Shown: in pieces, positions 18,149 through 24,710 of the stretch
How the letters are laid out: the number at the start of each line of letters is the position of its first letter
Numbering within the stretch: the first letter of the stretch is position 1
DNA from: an uncultured Porphyromonadaceae bacterium
Lineage (GTDB): Bacteria; Bacteroidota; Bacteroidia; Bacteroidales; UBA12481
Assembly: GCA_964355105.1 (NCBI GenBank)
Contig: CAYHCO010000003.1
Coordinates: 5,577-69,576, forward strand
Reading direction: 5' to 3'
DNA: 64,000 bases
Made by a program: the position numbers and the translations under genes
Notes under the pieces: model-generated
Database searches by the model: none
The model's input: the letters and a program-made list of their open reading frames with translations, nothing else
What the model was told of the DNA's origin: nothing

Positions 18149-18862
18149 GTGGCAGAAAAACTTTTACTTATCGGAGGCGGCGGACACTGCAAATCGTGTA
18201 TCGACGTGATACAGGCAGAAGGAAGGTTCGAGATTGCCGGGATCGTGGAGAATGCGGGGTATCAGGTTCCCGCCTTCGCGGGAATGACAGAGAAGGGTGA
18301 AGGTTCCCGCCTTCGCGGGAATGACAGAGAAGGGATTGGTGAGCTGGGAAGTGTAATGGGATACCCGGTCATCGGAACCGATAGTGAATTGCCTGAGCTC
18401 ATCAGGGTGTATAAAAATGCGCTGATCACCGTTGGCCAGATTCAGCATCCCGATATCCGGATAAAACTGTTTAACCTGATCAGGAGCATGGGCGGCCAGT
18501 TTCCGGTCATTATCTCTCCAAACGCCTATGTATCAAGGAACGCACTCGTCGGTGAAGGCACGATCGTGATGCACCATGCGGTGGTAAATACCGAGGCCGT
18601 TATCGGGGTAAACTGCATACTCAATACGGGTGCACTTGTTGAGCACGAGGCACACGTTGGTGACCACAGCCATATTTCCACCTATGCCATACTGAACGGG
18701 CAATGCAAGGTGGGAAGCCGCACCTTTATCGGCAGCCGCACGGTGTTGTCGAACAATACCGATGTGGCAGACGATACCCTGATATCAGCCGGCTCTGTCG
18801 TTCTGAGGTCGCTTGAACAACCCGGGACCTATATTGGCAATCCGTTAAGGAAAATCCGATGA
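18149..18862 (+). CDS. neuD: NeuD/PglD-family sugar N/O-acetyltransferase (hexapeptide repeat) carrying an in-frame repeat insertion
   Basis: KLLLIGGGGHCKSCIDVIQ..FEIAGIVE N-terminal fold. Left-handed beta-helix hexapeptides (GEGTIVMHHAVVNTEAVIGVNCILNTGALVEHEAHVGDHSHIS). GTG at 18149 is preferred over ATG 18104, which overlaps the flippase. Confidence 0.7.
   Translation: MAEKLLLIGGGGHCKSCIDVIQAEGRFEIAGIVENAGYQVPAFAGMTEKGEGSRLRGNDREGIGELGSVMGYPVIGTDSELPELIRVYKNALITVGQIQHPDIRIKLFNLIRSMGGQFPVIISPNAYVSRNALVGEGTIVMHHAVVNTEAVIGVNCILNTGALVEHEAHVGDHSHISTYAILNGQCKVGSRTFIGSRTVLSNNTDVADDTLISAGSVVLRSLEQPGTYIGNPLRKIR
18265..18334 (+). repeat. two tandem 33-bp palindrome-containing units (37-bp period) inside the neuD-like CDS
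   Basis: ggttcccgccttcgcgggaatgacagagaaggg occurs at 18265..18297 and again at 18302..18334. Each holds the hairpin ttcccgc-cttc-gcgggaa. Confidence 0.9.
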
Positions 18863-19860
18863 ACAACCATGTAACCATCATTGCGGAAGCCGGCGTCAAC
18901 CATAACGGAGATATCAGCACCGCTCTTAAAATGATCGAGGTAGCGGCGGTATCAGGTGCCGACTTCATCAAATTCCAGACCTTCAAAACAGAAAAGCTCG
19001 TTACGGCATCTGCACCCAAAGCCGCCTATCAGGAGATACAAACAGGGGCTGAGGGCAGTCAGTTCGGGATGCTGAAAAAACTCGAGCTCGACGAAAAAGC
19101 GCATATTGTCCTGATGGCCCATGCGCGTCAGAAGGGCATCAGGATGATCTCCACCCCTTTTGATGATGAAAGTGCCGATATGCTTAACCGGCTGAACGTG
19201 GAATTGTTCAAGGTGGGATCAGGCGACCTTACCAACATCTTGTTATTGAGGCAACTGGCCAAATTCGGTCGGCCGGTGATCTTGTCAACCGGTATGGCCG
19301 AGATGTCGGAGATCGGTCAGGCAATAGGTATCCTGGAAAAGGGCGGCCTGCCACGGTCGAAGATCACCCTCTTGCACGCCAATACTGATTATCCCACGCC
19401 CTATACCGATGTTAATCTGCGGGCCATGCTCACCATGGCGCTCGAATTCGGCATTAAAGTGGGTTATTCCGACCATACCGATGGGATTGAAGTCCCGGTG
19501 GCAGCCGTGGCACTCGGTGCTGCGGTGATTGAAAAGCATTTTACCCTCGACCGGAGCATGCCCGGCCCTGACCACAAAGCCAGTCTGGAACCGCAGGAGC
19601 TGCGTGCCATGGTGCAATCCATCAGGAATATCGAGCTTGCACTCGGCTCCTCCCGGAAAGAACCCAGTGAGGGAGAACGGAAAAACATGCCGGCTGCACG
19701 TAAGAGCATTGTAGCTGCCTGCCCGATACAAAAAGGTGAAGCTTTTACCGAGAAAAACCTGACCGTCAAGAGGCCGGGCATCGGGATCAACCCTTTGCGG
19801 TGGGACGATATTATCGGTACATTTGCCACCCGGGATTACCGGACTGACGAACTCATCTGA
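18859..19860 (+). CDS. neuB: nonulosonic acid synthase (N-acetylneuraminate/legionaminate synthase family)
   Basis: VTIIAEAGVNHNGDISTALKMIEVAAVSGADFIKFQTF plus a C-terminal SAF-like domain (KGEAFTEKNLTVKRPG). Confidence 0.85.
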   Translation: MNNHVTIIAEAGVNHNGDISTALKMIEVAAVSGADFIKFQTFKTEKLVTASAPKAAYQEIQTGAEGSQFGMLKKLELDEKAHIVLMAHARQKGIRMISTPFDDESADMLNRLNVELFKVGSGDLTNILLLRQLAKFGRPVILSTGMAEMSEIGQAIGILEKGGLPRSKITLLHANTDYPTPYTDVNLRAMLTMALEFGIKVGYSDHTDGIEVPVAAVALGAAVIEKHFTLDRSMPGPDHKASLEPQELRAMVQSIRNIELALGSSRKEPSEGERKNMPAARKSIVAACPIQKGEAFTEKNLTVKRPGIGINPLRWDDIIGTFATRDYRTDELI

Positions 19861-21014
19861 TGCGAAAAATCTGCGTTATAACTACAAACCGGGCTGAATA
19901 CGGCCTTCTGTACTGGCTGATGAAAGGCATACAGTCGGAGCCGGAATTCCAGCTCCAGGTGGTGGTCACCGGCGCCCATTTATCGCCCGAATTCGGCTCA
20001 ACGATCGACAGGATACGCGAAGAGGGATTTAAGGTGGACCGGAGTTTCGACCTGGAACTTTTTGGCGACAAGGTCCTCGACATCACGCATTCGCTGGCTC
20101 TGGCCATTGAAGGTTTCGGTGCCTCTTTTCAGACCCTGAAACCCGACCTGGTGGTCATCCTCGGCGACCGATTTGAGATCCTGGGAGCAGCCACCGCCGC
20201 GCTAATCGCCAATATTCCGGTTGCCCACCTTCATGGCGGGGAATTGAGCGAGGGAGCGATCGATGATGCCATCAGGCATGCCGTAACCAAACTTTCGCAT
20301 CTGCATTTTGCAGCAGCCGAATCTTACCGCAACCGCATCATCCAGCTGGGTGAGCAGCCCGACCGGGTATTCATGGTCGGCGGACTGGGCATCGACAATA
20401 TCAACAAGGTTAAACTACTGGAGCCGGCCGAACTGGAAAAAGCCATCGGATTTAAGCTGAACAAGCGTAACCTGCTGATCACTTACCATCCGGAAACGCT
20501 CGATCCCGGACAGGCAGGCCATCATATCGGCGAATTGCTTTCGGCACTCGACAAGCTGCCCGATACCAGCCTGATCTTTACCATGCCCAATGCCGATACC
20601 GGTCACCGGATTATCATACAGAAATTACAATCTTTCGTGATGACCCGCGAAGACCGGGCTATTCTGATTCCTTCGATGGGACAGCTCAACTACTTGTCGG
20701 CCATGAAGTTGGTTGATGCAGTAGTCGGCAATTCATCCAGTGGAATCATTGAAGCGCCCAGCTTCCGCATCGGAACCATCAATATCGGCAATCGCCAGGA
20801 CGGTCGGATACGCGCCGCATCCGTGATTGATTGCGACACCTCCGAAGAGGCTATCACCCAGGCTTTCAACGAGCTGTATTCACCCGAATTCCGGGAAAAA
20901 CTAAAGTCGGTGGAAAACCCGTACGGCAATGGCGGCGCTGCCGACAAGATTATTGAAGTCCTGAAAAAAGAGGACTTCAGCAAACTCATTATCAAGCGAT
21001 TCTACGATAAGTAG
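19860..21014 (+). CDS. neuC: UDP-N-acetylglucosamine 2-epimerase (hydrolysing), NeuC/LegG family
   Basis: MRKICVITTNRAEYGLLYWLMKGI...VVTGAHLSPEFG...VILGDRFE...HLHGGE. Confidence 0.85.
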   Translation: MRKICVITTNRAEYGLLYWLMKGIQSEPEFQLQVVVTGAHLSPEFGSTIDRIREEGFKVDRSFDLELFGDKVLDITHSLALAIEGFGASFQTLKPDLVVILGDRFEILGAATAALIANIPVAHLHGGELSEGAIDDAIRHAVTKLSHLHFAAAESYRNRIIQLGEQPDRVFMVGGLGIDNINKVKLLEPAELEKAIGFKLNKRNLLITYHPETLDPGQAGHHIGELLSALDKLPDTSLIFTMPNADTGHRIIIQKLQSFVMTREDRAILIPSMGQLNYLSAMKLVDAVVGNSSSGIIEAPSFRIGTINIGNRQDGRIRAASVIDCDTSEEAITQAFNELYSPEFREKLKSVENPYGNGGAADKIIEVLKKEDFSKLIIKRFYDK

Positions 21015-22066
21015 TGTATCAGATATCTGACATAAAGATCACTGAGTCGGTTTCCATCCGGGAAGCCATGCGGATCATCGATACCGGTGCGATGAAAATT
21101 GCCATCGTGGTTGATGAGGAAGGAAAGCTGATCGGAACGCTGACCGACGGGGATATCAGGCGCGGTTTGCTGAGGGGAATGGAAATGAGTGATCCCATCC
21201 GGGATATCTTTAACAGTCACCCGCTTTCCGTTAAAATATCGGACCCGAAAGAAAAAATCATCGAACTGGCAGTCAGCCGCAAAGTCTTTCAGGTTCCGGT
21301 GGTCGACGAAGATGGCAGGGTGATCCGGATGGCGGAGATCGACCAGCTCATCAAACAGGAGAAACATCCCAACACCGTGGTGCTCATGGCGGGCGGACTG
21401 GGATCGAGATTAAAACCGCTGACCGATAAAACGCCGAAACCGATGTTGCCGGTGGGCGGCAAGCCTATCCTGGAAACCGTTATCAGCCGTTTCAAGAAAC
21501 ACGGGTACACCAAGTTTGTGATCGCCCTCAATTATAAAGGCAATATTATCCGCAGCTATTTTGGCAACGGGCTCACCCTCGGGGTCGATATCACTTATCT
21601 GGAGGAAAACCAGCGCATGGGTACGGCTGGGGCTTTGGGATTGCTCGACAGGTCGCCGGATGAATCGTTTTTTGTGATGAATGCAGATATTCTTACGTTG
21701 GTCGATTTTGAGAGCCTGATGGATTTTCATAACCGTAATGCCGCCGATGCCACCATGTGCATCCGTGAATACGGGATGGAAGTGCCTTATGGAGTGGTGA
21801 GGCTGAATAAGGAAAATATCGTCTCCATCGAGGAAAAACCCGTCCAGCAATTCTATGTCAATGCCGGTATCTACGTCCTCACACCCCAAACCCTAAACCT
21901 AATACCTGCCGGCCAACCGATGGATATGACCGGTCTGTTTGAGAAAGCCGTTGAACGCGGCATGACTACCCTCTCCTTTCCGATCAGGGAATTCTGGATG
22001 GATATCGGAAAGCCCGAAGATTACGAACGCGCCAATTTTGATTATAACAGGCTGTTTCATGAATGA
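21014..22066 (+). CDS. CBS-domain-containing sugar-phosphate nucleotidyltransferase (PtmE-like)
   Basis: An N-terminal CBS pair, then VVLMAGGLGSRLKPLTDKTPKPMLPVGGKPILE (NTP-transferase G-loop). GTG start overlaps the neuC stop. Confidence 0.75.
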   Translation: MYQISDIKITESVSIREAMRIIDTGAMKIAIVVDEEGKLIGTLTDGDIRRGLLRGMEMSDPIRDIFNSHPLSVKISDPKEKIIELAVSRKVFQVPVVDEDGRVIRMAEIDQLIKQEKHPNTVVLMAGGLGSRLKPLTDKTPKPMLPVGGKPILETVISRFKKHGYTKFVIALNYKGNIIRSYFGNGLTLGVDITYLEENQRMGTAGALGLLDRSPDESFFVMNADILTLVDFESLMDFHNRNAADATMCIREYGMEVPYGVVRLNKENIVSIEEKPVQQFYVNAGIYVLTPQTLNLIPAGQPMDMTGLFEKAVERGMTTLSFPIREFWMDIGKPEDYERANFDYNRLFHE

Positions 22067-22775
22067 CAAGAGTCCGTATATCGCGATAATACCCGCCCGG
22101 GGCGGCAGCAAGCGTCTACCGGGGAAGAATACCATGATGATTGCCGGCAAGCCACTGATCGGCTGGACCATTGAAGCCGCCATTGAATCCGGCGTGTTCG
22201 GCAGGGTGGTTGTCAGCACCGACAGTTGGGAGATCGCCGTTTTGGCCGCACAGTTTGGCGCCGAGGTGCCGTTCATGCGGCCCGACGAGCTCACTCAGGA
22301 TCATACCCCGACGGTGGACGTGATGATTCATGCGGTGAATGAACTCTCGAAGGATGCGAATACTCATTGGACGCATGTGGCCTGTCTGCAGCCGACCTCA
22401 CCCCTGCGTACCGCCCAAAATATCAGGGAAGCCGTTCAACAGCTCGAGGAAAAACGGGCAGATGCCGTCATATCAGTTTGCAGATCAGAACATTCTCCAC
22501 TGTGGAGCAATACGCTTCCGAAGAGCCTCTCGCTCGAAGGATTCATTCCCCAGAACATTCAGAAGACCCCATCCCAGCAACTGCCAGCCTACTACCGGCT
22601 GAATGGTGCCCTCTATTTCTGCAGTATTGCCAGGATGATTGAGGAGCGGACGCTTTTTCTGAACTCAGGTGCGTACGCGTACGTCATGAGCCGGAAAGAT
22701 TCTATCGATATTGATGATCAGGTGGATTTCGACCTGGCAGCCATTTATCTGGGTCAGCGCGTTTCCCAGGGATAA
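22059..22775 (+). CDS. neuA: acylneuraminate (nonulosonate) cytidylyltransferase
   Basis: IAIIPARGGSKRLPGKNTMMIAGKPLIGWTIEAA...CLQPTSPLR. The ATG overlaps the upstream stop (atgaatga). Confidence 0.85.
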   Translation: MNDKSPYIAIIPARGGSKRLPGKNTMMIAGKPLIGWTIEAAIESGVFGRVVVSTDSWEIAVLAAQFGAEVPFMRPDELTQDHTPTVDVMIHAVNELSKDANTHWTHVACLQPTSPLRTAQNIREAVQQLEEKRADAVISVCRSEHSPLWSNTLPKSLSLEGFIPQNIQKTPSQQLPAYYRLNGALYFCSIARMIEERTLFLNSGAYAYVMSRKDSIDIDDQVDFDLAAIYLGQRVSQG

Positions 22776-23656
22776 GATTCCAGTTTTTTACGGTCGAAAG
22801 CATCAATGAAAGTGACAGAACTGGCATTGATGATTTTTACGTTTTGCGACAGCGCAAATTCCTGGATGAGGTGATAGCTGCGGAAAGTACGGTACAGGTT
22901 GTAAAAATAGTCGTGCAGGTTGGCCCGCTGAAGCGTTTCGGGATGGTGAACCGCCACTTTCCAGGGCTTTTTGTCGTAAAAATGGTTCTCTGCCGAGACC
23001 AGTTTCCCATCTTCCCCGATCTCGAGTCCCTGGTGCCAGGAATGATCGGCCCCGACAATGATTATGCTGCCGAATCCGCATGCCAGTCCGGCCATCAGGG
23101 CCCCGATCAGCACGTTCTGCGGTGGGGGCATCCCCATCTGCCGGCGGTACAGCCAATGCCTGACGGGTTTTAGTCCATCAACAACCGTGCGGTTCATGAA
23201 AGCAAACCGGATGGGAATACCTGAAGCGACCAGATCGCGGTGAAAACGGCTGTTCCGGCCTTCAGCAGGGCAAAAAAGAGTTAGCGGCCAGGTGGTCTTT
23301 TCGATGAGCGCCTTCTTGATCAGCTCACGCACTTCGGCAACACGCGGAATCGTGGTATCTGCGAAGTACCCGATATCTAAAAGAATGTAATACTGCGGCT
23401 TAAGTCGCTCGTATTCATCGCTTAACACAAACTGGTTGACGCACAGGAGCTGCTTGTTTTCAAAAAAGCCGGGATGATTCTGAAGATCAGACCGCAGGGA
23501 CGGTCCGTTGGCTAAAATTACCAGCTCCTTGCCGGAGGCTTTGATCCTGGTGAGATCTGAACTGAAGCGGAAACGGAAAAGCACTCTTATCAGACTGATC
23601 AGGGCTTGATAAACCGATTCGAAGAAGCGTTGTATTTTGAGTAAAGCGTAAAACAT
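22754..23656 (-). CDS. putative nonulosonate (sialyl-like) transferase, GT42/DUF115-like
   Basis: LVILANGPSLRSDL....LLCVNQFVLSDEYERLKPQYYILLD resembles the Cst-II/GT42 N-terminus (GNGPSL..RCNQFYFEDKYYLGKK). Later GFGSIIIVGADHSW compares with GYKEIYLSGIDF. The start is taken at internal ATG 23656. The 3' end overlaps neuA by 22 nt. Confidence 0.45.
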   Translation of the reverse strand: MFYALLKIQRFFESVYQALISLIRVLFRFRFSSDLTRIKASGKELVILANGPSLRSDLQNHPGFFENKQLLCVNQFVLSDEYERLKPQYYILLDIGYFADTTIPRVAEVRELIKKALIEKTTWPLTLFCPAEGRNSRFHRDLVASGIPIRFAFMNRTVVDGLKPVRHWLYRRQMGMPPPQNVLIGALMAGLACGFGSIIIVGADHSWHQGLEIGEDGKLVSAENHFYDKKPWKVAVHHPETLQRANLHDYFYNLYRTFRSYHLIQEFALSQNVKIINASSVTFIDAFDRKKLESYPWETR

Positions 23657-23705
23657 GACAGGCTTTTGTGCGAAATTAACTAATTTCCCATCCAAACCGA
23701 ACAGG

Positions 23706-24623
23706 ATGGACGAGACGATGAAAGGCGGCACCCGGCTCCAGGGCCAACCGGCGGCACGAGTGGCCGGACTACCCGTGATTTCGGTAATCACCGTGGTGTA
23801 CAACGGTCTGAGCCTGATCGAAAAAACTATCAGGAGTATTGTTTCCCAGACTTATCCCAATATCGAATATATAGTGATTGACGGGGGTTCCACCGATGGG
23901 ACCGTTGAAATCCTGAAGTTATACGAAGATCGGATCAGCTATTGGATAAGCGAACCGGATCGCGGCATTTACGATGCCATGAACAAGGGATTGGCGGCTG
24001 CCACCAGCGATTATGTGTGGTTCATGAATGCCGGCGATCTGATCTATTCCGACGATACAACCGAAAAGATCTTCGGTTCGGTCCGGGGGGATGGGTCGGT
24101 CGGAGTTGATGGGTTGGTCGGGGTGGATGGTTCCGGGATTAGTTTAACGCAAGCCTCCCGTGCGGCCATTTATTATGGCGACACGATGATTGTGGATCCG
24201 GAATACCGCGAGGTGGGTCTGCGCCGGCTCCGCCCCCCGGAAAATCTCACGTGGAAAAGCTTCAGCCGGGGCATGCTGGTCTGCCACCAGGCGATCATTG
24301 TGAGCAGGACGATCGCCGGGGAGTTTGATCCGCGGTACCGGCACTCAGCGGATTTCGATTGGGTCGTACGCGCGCTTATGAAGGCAGAAGTTATGGTTCC
24401 CCCCAGACTTCAGTCTGGGGGGAAGGCCGAAGTTATCGTTAACACCCACCTCATTCTCTGCGCGTTCCTGGATGGCGGCCATTCCAAGCAGAACATCGGC
24501 ATCAGCCTGCGGGAGCGGTTCGATTCCATGGTACGGCATTACGGCTGGGTTCCCACCATGATCCGGCATGTGCCAATTGCCATCAAATTCGTCTGGTATT
24601 ATCTGAGAAACAAACGCTTCTAA
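23706..24623 (+). CDS. family 2 glycosyltransferase with two in-frame repeat insertions
   Basis: ISVITVVYNGLSLIEKTIRSIVSQTYPNIEYIVIDGGSTDGT...YWISEPDRGIYDAMNKG (GT2 DxD region). The start is uncertain (23655, 23706 or 23718). Confidence 0.75.
   Translation: MDETMKGGTRLQGQPAARVAGLPVISVITVVYNGLSLIEKTIRSIVSQTYPNIEYIVIDGGSTDGTVEILKLYEDRISYWISEPDRGIYDAMNKGLAAATSDYVWFMNAGDLIYSDDTTEKIFGSVRGDGSVGVDGLVGVDGSGISLTQASRAAIYYGDTMIVDPEYREVGLRRLRPPENLTWKSFSRGMLVCHQAIIVSRTIAGEFDPRYRHSADFDWVVRALMKAEVMVPPRLQSGGKAEVIVNTHLILCAFLDGGHSKQNIGISLRERFDSMVRHYGWVPTMIRHVPIAIKFVWYYLRNKRF
24090..24143 (+). repeat. 18-bp tandem repeat x3 inside the GT2 CDS
   Basis: gatgggtcggtcggagtt / gatgggttggtcggggtg / gatggttccgggattagt encode DGSVGV DGLVGV DGSGIS. 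Confidence 0.8.
24380..24436 (+). repeat. in-frame 42-bp insertion unit: 15-bp duplication flanking a 10-bp-stem hairpin, inside the GT2 CDS
   Basis: gaaggcagaagttat (24380..24394), then ggtt, then ccccccagac-ttca-gtctgggggg (24399..24422), then gaaggccgaagttat (24422..24436). Protein reads KAEV-MVPPRLQSGG-KAEV. Confidence 0.85.
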
Positions 24624-24671
24624 CTGTTGATTATAAGATCATTATTAGCTAGATTCCAATCTGAAACTAAG

Positions 24672-24695
24672 CTGACAGGTCTATAAACCTGTCAG
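24672..24695 (+). repeat. CTGACAGG/CCTGTCAG hairpin (family copy)
   Basis: ctgacagg-tctataaa-cctgtcag, between the GT2 and M14 genes. Confidence 0.7.
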
Positions 24696-24710
24696 TTGTA
24701 AAATAAAGCC

